Part shown: piece after piece, positions 14,257 through 26,410 of the stretch
How positions within the stretch are numbered: the stretch's first letter is position 1
How the letters are laid out: each line of letters opens with the position of its first letter
From: Octopus sinensis
Taxonomy: Eukaryota
Length of the DNA: 64,000 bases
Reading direction: 5' to 3'
Assembly: GCF_006345805.1 (NCBI RefSeq)
Contig: NC_043003.1
Coordinates: forward strand, 104,036,001 to 104,100,000
Notes under the pieces: model-generated
Seen by the model: only the letters and a program-made list of their open reading frames with translations
Told to the model about the DNA's origin: nothing
Databases searched by the model: none
Made by a program: the position numbers and the translations under genes

Positions 14257-14800
14257 TATATATATATATATATATCTATCTATATATATATAATCAGATC
14301 CAAGTGTCTAATGTAGGAAGTAAGCTTTGAGCAGTCCGTTGTAGGTATGAAGAAACAATGTTCAGGAACAATTATAATTTATTGGTTTCAAAGGTAGTAG
14401 GCTTTTCCCATATCAAAATTTGATAAGCAGAAAAAGTTTGCTGATAGCTCCTGGTTAGCAACAGGAGATGCTATGAATGCAAATAAAAATCCCAAATTAA
14501 CTTGCCAAAGATGTACTTTCAAATTATATCTGCAGTAAGATTCCTTAACGACTATGTAACCTTCATATAATTACAGTCTCTTCAGTCCGATGAGAAGCTA
14601 GTGGAGTACCCCTCATCGAGTAATGTAAATCAAGGATCTGCTACCTAGGAAGCAGATGTAGCCTGGATTTTACCTGCTCCACCTTTTCAATTTGGATATA
14701 AGATTTATGTAAAGTACAAATTGATTCATGTACTTTTCAGTACTTAAATATTTCACTAACAGCATTCAGTTCTTATTTTTTGCTGACATACACCCAAAAC

Positions 14801-14844
<44 letters not shown>

Positions 14845-15303
14845 TTTACAAACACACATATTTGTGGATGGGTATTACAAATTGCAAAGTATACGGAATG
14901 TATTTTTTTCAATGTCCCATACAATTACATTTCAGAGAGATCCTCAAGAACCGTTTTGTGATACAAGTAGATGTGATTAAAAGTTTCAATTTCAAAATAA
15001 AACTCTACATACATATGTGTGTTTAGTAAAATATATATATAGAGAGAGAGAGAATGTGTGTGTAAAGCATCTTAACAAAAAGCATGTTGATTTAGCTTCA
15101 GGCCAGCCTTCACCATATATACCTATGAGCAAAAGTATTCCAGCCAGGACTTTCAAGTTCACATGAAATTTTGATAGAAAGATCTTATTTCAATCACTTT
15201 AAAATAGCAAGTTTGTACCAGAGAAACAAGTGCAGTCTCTAATAGGTTGGTAACAAAAGGGCTACTTAAACTAAAGTATAGGATAAATAAATATTGTTTA
15301 AAA

Positions 15304-15340
<37 letters not shown>

Positions 15341-15654
15341 TGTGAGTAAGAGAGACAAAGTGTATGTGTAGATCCACACATTTTTGGGAAGAAAAGTAGT
15401 GCCAATAACCCTTTCTGGAGTCTCTGAGACTGGTAAGAGAGTGGGAGGAAACCTTAATGGAGAACTGACCTGAATGCTTGAAACAGATTGGACTCCTGAT
15501 ACAGGCACCCAAGGACCAGGTGGTGATGTTAAACTGGTCAACAGAATGCAGTGAGCCACTATAAATACTGCAGAATACTCTAAAGACTGCCAAGTGACCT
15601 CTCTTTAAAAGTGTGCACGTGCATGTGTGTGTGTGTGTGTGTGTGTATAGGCAT

Positions 15655-15990
15655 ATCATCATCATTTAATGCTTGTATCCCGTGTTGGCATGGGTTAGAT
15701 GGTTTGACAGGATCCCAATAACCTGACGGCTGCATTGATCTCCAATGTCAGCTTTCTCAAGATCTACATTTGGATGATGCCTTTCCTGATGCCAACCACT
15801 TTACAGAGTGTGCTGAGTGCTTTTTCATGGTATCAGCACTACTGAGGTCCCCAACTGAATTGCAAAATAAGACCCTTGACAGAGTGGAGGTGCAGTATTG
15901 AGGAAGGTGGCACATTGTGCCAGGTGTTCGCGGGACTAAAATATGAAAAAGGGACAAGAACAGGTGTCTTGCTGTAGAAGAAATATATGG
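15655..15990 (-). mobile_element. RTE 3'-tail element
   Basis: (CAT)n, catgggttagatgg and ggatgatgcctttcctgatgccaacc. Confidence 0.7.
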
Positions 15991-17023
15991 CTACTTGAGC
16001 AGGAAAGGAAGAAAGGATGGAGGCAATAAGGTATTGGGATGTACCCTCAAAGTAGAACATACAGAGAAAATAAGGGTAAACATTGAAGGATGGTTGGGTG
16101 GGGAGGTAGGTACACAGGGGTGTCAAAGAAGTGATGAATGGCAAAGAGGACAGAAATGAACACAGTGAATGGTAAACATGGATGAAAACATAAGGAATGG
16201 TAAGTATCAACTTACCATTCCTTATGGGGAATGTAAAGAAAATAGAAGTGTGTCATGGGGAAGGTATATGCTATTTCATGCACCTGTAATTGCATGTAGA
16301 AGATATTGTGACTGGAAAGTTCTGATATTTGTAGTCTCTGACCATCTTACATTTCTTTTCAATGATTCAGATTTAATGAGTGACACTTATTTAACGATTC
16401 ATACAAGAGTTTCTGCATTTGTTACAAAAGAATATACTGCATAGGTACTTTTTCAGCACATTTGTTATTTTTCAAGCACAAGTCAAGATTTGGATTTCCT
16501 GGAACTATAAACAAAGAGCAGACCTTTTATAGTTGACAATCATATACAGCTACTTCCATAGTTTTCTCACTCATGGTGTAATACAGGTGGAAGCAGTCAT
16601 GATTCTCCAATTGCCCACGTGATTGGGTTCTTTGTTGAAGTACCATCAGTGTCTAAGAGATGGAGTTTGGATATTACAATAGTTTCATGTCCATCATTGA
16701 GAGCCTAGCACAGTGATGGACACAGAGTCAACACCCACATAATGTGTGTGTTTTATATACATATATAGGTCTGTCAGCTTAGCCAGTGAGTGACATCCTT
16801 TGAAGGCTACAACAATGCAAGGAAGCACTTTGTGATCAGTGATATAACTATATCTGATAGCCAGGTCAACACAGTTATTTATGTAATATAATGATGACAA
16901 GAGACTGAGACCCCAGACAGTTTGCTGTCTTGAAAAGATACGTTAAGCTAAGTAACAGCATGGTTGCCCTTGCATACAGGCTTGTCCCCTGTCACCCTCC
17001 CCAGCTGAGCATCCCAAATCTTG

Positions 17024-17242
17024 CAAGCTCATAGGTGCTGGTAGCGTGTAAAAAGCACCTGTGCCGGTGCTGCATAAAAGCACCAAATACACTCTAAAGA
17101 GGTTGGCATTAGGAAGGGCATCCAGTTGTGAAACCATGCCAAAACAGACAAGAAGTCTGAACAGCCCTTCAGTTGGTCAGCTCCTGTCAAACCGTCCAAC
17201 ACATGCCAGCAAGGAAAATAGATATTAAATGATGATGATGAT
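17024..17242 (+). mobile_element. RTE 3'-tail element
   Basis: ggttggcattaggaagggcatccag...(GAT)n. A more decayed copy follows at ~17520-17723. Confidence 0.75.
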
Positions 17243-17727
17243 CTCACATTCTTTGCATACACACTAGCAACCTCTAACCATCTTATACGTTTATGTTCTA
17301 TCCTGATACTTCATCACCATTATTTTATCTCTCTTCCCAGCTCCATCTTGCTCACTCCCATTCTCTCTTCAATAATGTGATATAGCCATGTATCTCCTCT
17401 ACAACAAGAAACCAGTTCTGTTCTATTATACTTTAACCTCTCAACACATGCCATAAAGTTGCCTCCCTCCCTATTATACTACCACTCAGTCAAAGGAGCT
17501 TTTTACTTTTGAGTCACATAGTGACCACACTAGTGTTGGTACCAAGAAAAATAGTCCCTTATACACTCTGTAAAGTGGTTGAGGTTAGGAGCAGCATCCA
17601 GTTGTAGAAACGATATTAAAGATGATACTGAAACATGATTCAGTCCTTGGACTCAATCTTGTCAAACCATCCAACCCAAGACAGCAAATACAGATGTTAG
17701 AATATGACAATGATGATGATGAAGATT

Positions 17728-17760
<33 letters not shown>

Positions 17761-19616
17761 CATTGATAGAGAACTAATATTCAAAACATTTAGACATTTT
17801 CTCTTTCCAATAAAGCATCAAGCTATTATGTTGTCAAATTCTTTTCATCCTCTTCTCTTTTCACTGTTCACTATATTTATGTGCAGGACATGACAGACCC
17901 CACCCTCCATAATTTACACAGTCATTGGTGTGGCACTAGCAATGTTAGGCAGGTGATAACAATGTCTTTATGTGACTGATATTTGGTGGATTTTTCTTTG
18001 TTCTTTTTGCAGTTATCAACTTGGATTGGACCAATGCACACTATGTATCAGAACTAGCAGACCATTTACCAATGTGTAAAATGTTGGAGGTTATCTTTTT
18101 TTTGCCTCATCCTCTGTGTGTGTGGTAGATATATATATATATATATGGCAAATGGACATTATGTTAAATTACTATTTACATTAATAGTCACACTTTCAGT
18201 GAGAAGTCATTACACACATAAATAAAGGATAATCAGTAGGACTTTGTTAGCAGTGACAATTGATCGTACATTGAGAATAAAAACAAAATGTGTCTAGGTG
18301 AGCTACCAAATGTAAGGGAAAACTGTATTGAGGTAGGGCACTTCAATGGAAAATGGATACTAGTCTAAATCATCTCACAACACATTGCCAGACAGCTAAT
18401 TTTTCTCATACACACAAAGTAGCTTGGCTATGGCACATTAACAAATTCAACCAATCATGTTAGAATATACATGTTTGGTAATCTAACATGGGTTGAGGAT
18501 GTGATCGCACAAAATTTATTGGTAGTAATTTAGGCCAAAAATCCATTAAACACTAGCATGAAAAAAAATATCCTAAAAGAAAAAGAAATCTTCACCAAAA
18601 AATTCAAATAAAAGAAAAATACCCAAAAACTCAATTCACTTCAAACCATGAAATACAGAAATTAAACATTTTAGTTTCATTCAATTTATGACGACAAAAT
18701 ATGGCTGTTTTTCAAAAGTCATGTGGCTGTAAGCTGGTTTCAGTATAATTACAATTAAAGTTTTTAATGTAATCAGTGATAATAATCAATGCTGAATACT
18801 GCCATCATGATACTTGTCTTTGTTATATGTGGAGAATTTTTTTTCCTAACCAAAACAACTACATGACTTCTGGTCATTGATCCAAATAACTGCTAACAAA
18901 TTAGTTAGGAAGAAAGACAACAATAGAAAATTTGTTATAATAAAAAATATAAACATTAAAACTTGAATGTAATATTGATAAATTCATGGTGAACCAACAA
19001 ATACCAAGAAAACAAATAAAATCCATACTATATGTATTTATTTAGTGAATCCTTACACTGGTACAAAGAGAGGTGGTCCAATGGATCAGAGTAGCCCTTG
19101 TACATGATTAGCACTAGAGTAATATTGACTATAGTATTTAAGTCGTTTATTATAATTCAAAAATGGGAGAAATTGGTTTGATAATAGGAAGTCTTGTATT
19201 TCCAGCAATATCTTTTGTTGAATTGTCAGAGACAAATCTTACTTGGAAGTAAACCAATTTATTCCATTTTGGAACTGTTTATACTCACTGAATGTCAATG
19301 TAGACCATTACTAGTTTCCTGGCACCACCATCTCTATCACAAGTTAATGGCTTCTTGCGTTAGCATGAAGTAGATTTAGTTGATTGACCCGTGCTTGGGA
19401 CTTATTTCATCAAACCCAAAAGGAAGAAACGTAACATTGATAACAGTGAAATTTGAACTCAGAACACAGAGAGCACAACTTAAGTAAAAAGGTAGCACAC
19501 TACCATTTCTGACAACTCTATACAACTTAGGAAATACAACCAAACATGAAGATAACTTTATAAGTCAGCTCTTACATGGTCACAATTCCAATTTGACAGC
19601 TGAACTCAAAAACAAC

Positions 19617-19960
19617 ATCATCATCATTACCATTTAACATCCATGTTCCTTGCTGGCATGGGTTGGATGGTTTGAGAAGATCCAACAGATCCAAGGATTG
19701 CATCAGGCTCCACTGTCCACTTTGGCATTGTTTCTGTGACTGCTTGCCCTTCCTAACACTGACCACTTTACAGTATGTACAGGATGCTTTTTTTGCACCC
19801 CCAGCACTAGTGAAGTCACCATGCAGCTTGCAAAAAATTATGAACCCCCAAAAAGGTGGATTTATGGCATTAAGAGTGAAAGAATGAGAGGAAGGGCCAG
19901 AGAAGAATAGGTTTCTTGTTGCAGAGTGGCTACTCACCTTTTAGAAAAGAGGATGGGGGT
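19617..19960 (-). mobile_element. RTE 3'-tail element
   Basis: (CAT)n, gctggcatgggttggatgg and gcccttcctaac. Confidence 0.75.
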
Positions 19961-21825
19961 AACTGGGGTAGAGCAATGAAGAGATAATACTGGAAACAAA
20001 GTACCAAGGTGAACACTCAAACATATAATCTAGCCTTTATAAAGATCAGCGGAAAGAAATTTATTAAACAAAAGTAAATTTTAAAAATCATTGATGAATA
20101 TATAGAAATCCGATTTGGAATAATTAAAAAAGAAATTTTTCTCTGAATTTTTTTTTTCAGTTATTTTCTATTTCAGACATGAACACTGTTTCATTGCAAA
20201 CACTTAAAACAAAACCTGCCAACATCCACAATGTTGCACATTTCAGATCACACATTCACAGTCACAGGACAAATAACAGGTAAATCCCCCTCAAATCATA
20301 CCCTAATTATCTAAAAACTTTTTCATGCTTGCTTAATCAAGACTGATTTAAGGTTAAATATCAACAATGCTTCAGATACTAAGAGCAGCATAGGGTAAAT
20401 TTAATTTATCTTTACTAAACAACCTTTTACATAAAGAAGAGAGAAAGTCATGAAAACTGGAGATGTTCATTTCTAAAGTCAAAAGTTCCTAATCACCTAC
20501 GACTAACATGCTGGTTTGGTTATGCATAACTGTAATGAATGAGTGGATGAGATGTTTCTTGGCTGAGAGAGAGAGAGAGAGAAAGGAGAGAAGTAGAGAA
20601 ACATAAAAACAAAGATAAGAGTTCACATCTAATCAGTGTCAGGATAAGGCACACATGTCCTCTCCCCACCCATTTCCTCACCAAGAAAATGAACTTGGTG
20701 GGAGACAATCTAATGAATCAGAAAACTAATGGAATTCATTGTTTAAAGCACTTATATTGAATTTTATTATTTCTATGTTCATTTGACCCATGCTAGCATG
20801 GGTCAAATGAGACTGCTTCGATCCAGTATTCCCAAAGCTAACCCTTGTATATTTTCAAGTAAGTTATTTTATCTCAGGTCCAAAAAGCTGCCAAACGTTT
20901 TGTTTAAACAGGACAGAAACAAAAAGTACAAACACACACACACACACATATATACATACACGCACACACATAACGACCATCTTTACAGTTCAACCCCAAA
21001 CCACGCGATTGCAAAGTGAACTTCTTAACCACATAGTCATGCCAGAAGGAAGTGTTTTCTGGTTTTTGTTAATGATCCACAAGCAATAATTTCGATATTT
21101 CCCCACCAAAAGGACTCCTCACAATACACACACACCAACTTCTCAAGTTCCCAGTTTCCTAGCTTAAAGAATATCCATAAAGTGCTTCATATTTTGGTAA
21201 CTTATCAATGACTACCAAGTTTTTAATAAAAATATTTGTTCCAAAAATAATTTTGGAATTATCCAAATGTACTCAGTGTTAGAATTTTTTTTAAAAACCC
21301 TCTAAAACTTCTGCCTATCAACCAAAATACTTGTCATGTATTTAATCTAGGAATTTAAATAAATAGCAGAGAGAATGTTTGTTATAATTTGAAGAGGTTG
21401 CTTATAGTTAATATAAAAAAATGGATATTTATAATAACACTTAAAAATTTTATTTATTTAAAAACAAATGTTAATGTGTAAATTTGAAAAGGAAAATAAG
21501 TTAGTTTCAATCAAAAATGTTATTTAAGTTTTTGAAACTAATGCTAAGATGCTATTTCATGGTTGTCAAAAAAAAAATCAATCAGGGAAAATAAAAAACA
21601 ACAAAAGACAAAATATCAAAGACAGCATGCTTTCAAAACATTCAAGACACTGATTGATCAAGCATTATTTAAAAATGAGAAAAAGACAAGGAAAAAAGAC
21701 TGGAAGGGAGTGGGGACTGGTGAGTGAGAGAGAATCCAGCAGAAAATAAAAGGAGAGCAAGTACTAAATCCAGCTCTATTCAATAACGCTTACATGATCC
21801 AATGTTGTAAAAGGTAGCATAACAA

Positions 21826-21870
21826 CTACACTAATCCGTAGTCTTTTAATGTACTCTCCAGTGCCTCATC
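21826..21870 (-). CDS. AP1S: AP-1 sigma proximal alternative terminal exon: DEALESTLKDYGLV*
   Basis: Pyrimidine tract ttttcctattttcctcctc then aAG acceptor, phase 0, 14 codons plus TAG. It has the acidic...L-x-x-x-G-L-x-stop pattern of sigma-1 C-termini. Too short for the ORF track. Confidence 0.85.
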   Translation of the reverse strand, partial: DEALESTLKDYGLV

Positions 21871-23299
21871 CTTGAGGAGGAAAATAGGAAAAATTTAGGC
21901 AATATTAATTCAGAGAATATTTGCAAGAAACTTATCCCATATGGATCTGAAAAGGAAAGTCATTTGTTAAATCTGAAAAAACAAATCAGCAGAAAAACAT
22001 TTGGCATTTAAAGAATGTTTCATATTTTCTTGAAATAGCCCAAAAGAGAAAACGAAAGGAAGGAAATGTAAATTGCATTGTTCCTGCCTTACCATATGAC
22101 AACAAATAAAAAAGGGAAAAAGAGATGCTGTGTTTAAAAGGTCCACAAAGAATGTGTCAAAAAAGAGAAATAGCAAAAACTGTAGAAGAAACAGTAGCAA
22201 AAGAAAATAAGGCTAACTCATGCATGCCAGTTTCCCCAGCTAAAGAATATGGTCAGTGCTAGATTTGTGGAGCTGTAAGGTTTACAGATCAAAATATGAA
22301 TCGGGATGTGAATAGACAGCAAATACATTCCACTGCTTATGGTTGAATATTTACTCAATAATTGTTTCATTGAACAATATGGCTTTAACAGATAAAGTTC
22401 ATTGTGGTTGAACATGAACATGGAATTGTAAGCCACCAAACTATTGATCAATATTCTATTCTACTTTACCTGAGAATCAGCTCTTTTTCCTTTATTAATG
22501 TTATTATTGTATTATCTCAGATATTTCCATTTGAGCAAACCTATAAACATTGCAGCATCTGCTCATAAGAAGCATTCAGTTGCTGTTTCTAGCTATGATC
22601 ACCACTATACACTGCCACTGATTGCATTGAAAATACGGATAAACATAGCTACTGCAGTCAAGAAAAAGATACAACACAATTGTTGACACTAAAAATGTAA
22701 CCAGCTATTTCTAACCCAATTACTACTACCTTCTAATCTATCAGTGATATTGTATATATTCAACTCCCCTTTCCCAAGAACAATCCTAGTTGATCATACC
22801 AGAATTTGATCACAGAAGTTCTTACTGTCAAACATAATCCGCCAAGGCACCATACTATTCAGCTATTGTCGTGCCTCAGTCAAACAGGCTTTTCATTAGA
22901 TTCTTGATCACAAATATCTTCCTTTGTCATATGTGTTGTTCTAAGGAGATAGTAAAGATAAGATTTAATGGTTTGCAACAGGACAAGCTTCCACAGAGCT
23001 GCAGTTGAATCTTAGAATAATGAAATAGCATCCATCAAATTTCATGTTAAAAGCATTGATCAACCTATACCTATAGGAGAAACCTCAAGTCCAAGAATCT
23101 CTTTAACTGCACAAAACACCTGACTTTCGCAAGTCATTTGATCAAAGATCAGGTATTGTGGCAAAATAATTAGGCTGCAGCAGTTATTAAAAACATTGTA
23201 ACCTGTTCATAGAGTATTGACTAAGTTGTAGACAGAAGGCAGAGATATGAACAGCACAGATTTTTTTTCTGTGGTTTCATACAAGAGAAAAAGGATAAT

Positions 23300-23740
23300 G
23301 CTCACAGCCTTTGTAGGTCCTATCTATCTGGTGAGATTCATGTGGCTGATATTTAGCTGTCGACTCACTGTGTCCATAAGAAATTGAAAAAATGGGTAAG
23401 AAAAGGATTGTAGAAGACCAATATTATGGAGAGAAAACCCTAAGTTATGTGACCAGAGAGCCTGAGATAGAGGAGAGAGATATATAGGCTTGAGTAGCAT
23501 ATAGCGGCTAGTTCTAAGGGCCAGATGCCATTGTGATCAGAATAAGAGGTAGTGTAAGAAATGTGTTAGTGGGATTGAAGTTGGAGCAAGTCCTTGCAAA
23601 TTAGCTGGACCTTTTAGGGGTTGTAGACCAGGATGCAGAGCAGTGTTTCTGTTTCGAGTCAGCAGCTGTGCTGGGTTGAAGTAGTTTCTGGCTTTGAAGA
23701 GAATGGCTAGTCGTAAGGGGACATATCAAGGACTGTAAGC
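23300..23740 (-). mobile_element. Old CR1/L2-like LINE 3' fragment
   Basis: Residual translation RLAILFKARNYFNPAQLL. A similarly decayed stretch lies at ~27440-27950. Confidence 0.5.
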
Positions 23741-23913
23741 CCTAGCATTTTCTTTTTATATAATGACGAAAAATAATAGTGTAAAAGTGAATATAACACA
23801 CAAATGCTGTGTATACACATACAAATACATACATATATATGTATATACACACACACACTTCCATTCACTCCTTTTCCTTTCTTTTGTCTTGTAAGTTATT
23901 TGGTAACCTTATA

Positions 23914-24129
23914 AGGCGGCAAGATGGCAGAATCGTTAGCATGCTGGGCGAAATGCTTAGCGGTATTTCATCTGTCTTTATGTTCTGAGTTCAAATTCTA
24001 CCGAGGTCAACTTTGCCTTTCATCCTTTTGGGGTTGACAAATTAAGTACCAGTTGCATACTGGGATCGATCTAATCGACTGGCTCCCTCCCCCAAAATTT
24101 CAGGCCTTGTGCCTAGAGTAGAAAAGATT
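23914..24129 (+). mobile_element. tRNA-derived SINE with a Deu/Nin-like central domain
   Basis: Head tggcagaatcgttag and gagttcaaattc, then tgcctttcatccttttggggttgacaaattaagtaccag. Decayed relatives lie near 10600-10960, 19380-19500 and 25800-25900. Confidence 0.6.
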
Positions 24130-24611
24130 TGGTGACCTTACTAGTGTTGGTGTTACAAAAAAAGCGCTCAGCACACATTATAAAGTGGTTGGCATTAGGA
24201 AGGGCATCAATCCATAGAAACAATACCAAAGTTGACATTGGAAAATGATTTTTCCCAAGTATTTTAATCTGTTATTTCTTAGTTTACTGAAGGCATGGCC
24301 ATGTGATTAAGGAATTTGCAACCAAGTGATTTCAGGTTTATTCCCACCATGTGGCACCTTGGGCTTATGTCTACTGTAGCCTTGGGTTGACTAATACTAC
24401 CAGAGAGGGAAATCTAGCAGATGGAGATTGTATGGAAGACTGTTGTATGCATGCTTTTGTGTCAGTTTGCATGTTTTTGTAATGACGTTGGCTAGACAAC
24501 GATGACATTTGTTCATGTCCCACATAATCATTATGCCTGTAACTTAGAGGAATAAAGTACCTTTATATTATTTACATTTGATGGATATTTGTCCTCATCA
24601 TGTTTGTTGTT

Positions 24612-24654
24612 AACACATTTCGGCTGATATACCCTCCAGCCTTCATCAGGTGTC
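24612..24654 (-). ncRNA. Minimal type-I hammerhead ribozyme motif, degenerate in stem III (left arm)
   Basis: GACAC-CTGATGA-A-GGCTG-gagggtatat-CAGCC-GAAA-TGTGTT. The core boxes and the 5-bp stem II are intact and stem I is GACAC/GTGTT. The CGT needed for stem III and the cleavage triplet is missing. Confidence 0.65.
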
Positions 24655-24728
24655 TTGGGGAAATTTCGAACCTGGGTTCACATTCCTAAGGTATTTTTTG
24701 ATATTATTATTATTCAGTTCACTGCCTG

Positions 24729-24766
24729 GAATCGAACTGGAGCCCATGCTCTTAACCACTATGCCA
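24729..24766 (-). promoter_or_regulatory. tRNA-like Pol III internal promoter (A and B boxes) inside the PLE arm
   Basis: A box TGGCATAGTGG (24756-24766) and B box GTTCGATTC (24729-24737). The 18-nt spacer is short, so this copy is probably internally deleted. Confidence 0.55.
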
Positions 24767-25083
24767 TATGCCCGTGGGCAATTATGGAGTTCAATTTTAG
24801 AGCTTATAAATCTAATATTTTCCTATCCTTCCATAATACCAGTTTCCATATGCTATTCATATCTGCACTAGGTATGCTTATACGAAAACTAAAAGAAGCA
24901 GCACATATGCTAGGACACAGCAACCTCCTAAGCAGACTGAGTGTAGATATGAGTAGCATATGGGAACTGGTATTAAAGAAGGATAGGAAAATATTAGATT
25001 TATAAGCCCTGAATAATAATAATAATACTAATACCATTGAAAAATACCTTAGGATTGAGAACCCAGGTTCGAAATTTCCCTAA

Positions 25084-25126
25084 GACATCTTATGAAGGCT
25101 GGATGGTATATCAGCCAAAACGTGTG
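25084..25126 (+). ncRNA. Second, mutated hammerhead motif (right arm)
   Basis: GACAT-CTTATGA-A-GGCTG-gatggtatat-CAGCC-AAAA-CGT-GTG. It has core substitutions but keeps the CGT lost in the left copy. Confidence 0.5.
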
Positions 25127-26059
25127 AAAAACAAAGATGAGGACAAATATCCATCAAATGTAAATAATTCCTCATCCCTTAAATATAGAACTGTATAAAG
25201 TACCTTATTTGTAAATCAAGTAATAGCTGGGAAGCAGAAAGGGCACTGCATATGTCATAGATAAATGTTACAAGAAACAAGATGGAAACTAATATGTCAT
25301 GCCATAAACCATGTCAGCATTGAAATCACTGATGTTGAAACAATGACAATGGTAATTGCTAAATATCAATGAAAAGCTGGATATATAACTTTAGTGGATT
25401 GATAATAAACAACTTGAAGCAATTCAAGCCAGAGCCAGTTTAATAGCACCACCTAACAATATGCATTATTTCTCAGCTGAATTATAAAGAAGGGCCCTCA
25501 CTGGTTTAATTTCAACTAACTCTTTAGAGGCAACTTAGACTGACTGAAGCCTACAGATAAGTTTGAAGCTAAAATCTTTGTTTAGATATCATTTGTAAAC
25601 TGCAAACGAATGGTGATTTCTTATAGGAAGTCACCCAGGCCATTTCCAACAAATTGGGAATGAAACACAAGGAATTGTTTGCTAACAACCACACAACAGT
25701 AGTCACCAGACCATGCAACAATAATGTTTTACAAAATGTACAAAACCACATTTTGTTTCTTTTCTGGGGGTGGTGAGCAAGATGAAGTAATGTCTAATAT
25801 TTGACTGGTACTTATTTTATCAAACCCCAGATGGAAGAAAGGCAAAGCCAGCATCAAAGGGATTAACCCAGAACTAAAAAGAAGTCAATAAATAAAACAA
25901 GGTATTTGATATTTAATAAATTTTGTAATATATTAAGTATTATGTCTGCACAAAGAGATGTAAGTTACGACATTCCAGGCAATGCTTTTCTCTGAAAGCT
26001 GTTAAAATTCCCAGCTTCCATCATATTTCCTTGAAGAAAGGCCCTTCCTAAAACGTCTT

Positions 26060-26410
26060 TCGTTCCCAACCACATGGTTCCAGGTTCAGTCCCAGTGTGT
26101 GGCACTTTGGGCAAGTGTTGTCTGCTATAGCCTCAGGTCAACCAAAGCCTTGTGAGTGGATTTAGTAGATAAACTGAAAATAGTATGCATGTGTGTGTGT
26201 GTCCAACAACTGCCTGACAACTGGTGTTGGTGTGTTTACATCCCTGTATCTCAGTGGTTTGGCAAAAGCGACCAATAGAATAAGTACCAGGCAAACAAAA
26301 AAAAAACAAACAAACAAAACTCATAGAAAACTGAGGTCAATTCATTCAACTAAGTTTCTTCATGGCAAGTACCCCAGCATGGCCAAAGTCTAATGATTGA
26401 AACAAAAGAA
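26060..26410 (+). mobile_element. Family A-related SINE
   Basis: ggttcagtccc B-box-like motif, ttgggcaagtg core and cccagcatggcc tail. Confidence 0.75.

Larger units (their letters stand above)
24564..25194. mobile_element. Palindromic, 5'-truncated Penelope-like element with inverted pLTR, hammerhead motifs and a tRNA-like segment
   Basis: Inverted arms at 24567-24717/25009-25168 and 24799-24880/24929-25007. Direct repeat ATAAAGTACCTT at 24552-24563 and 25195-25206 (TSD). The plus strand encodes RKLKEAAHMLGHSNLLSRLSVDMSSIWELVLKKDRKILDL*, which I recall as resembling a PLE GIY-YIG C-terminal tail. Confidence 0.8.

Noticed and set aside
21900-22240. Extra acceptors near the proximal exon giving IHMG*, I* or LGKLACMS*
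   Set aside because: Such AG sites are common in pyrimidine-rich intron, and the peptides show no similarity to sigma-1 tails.
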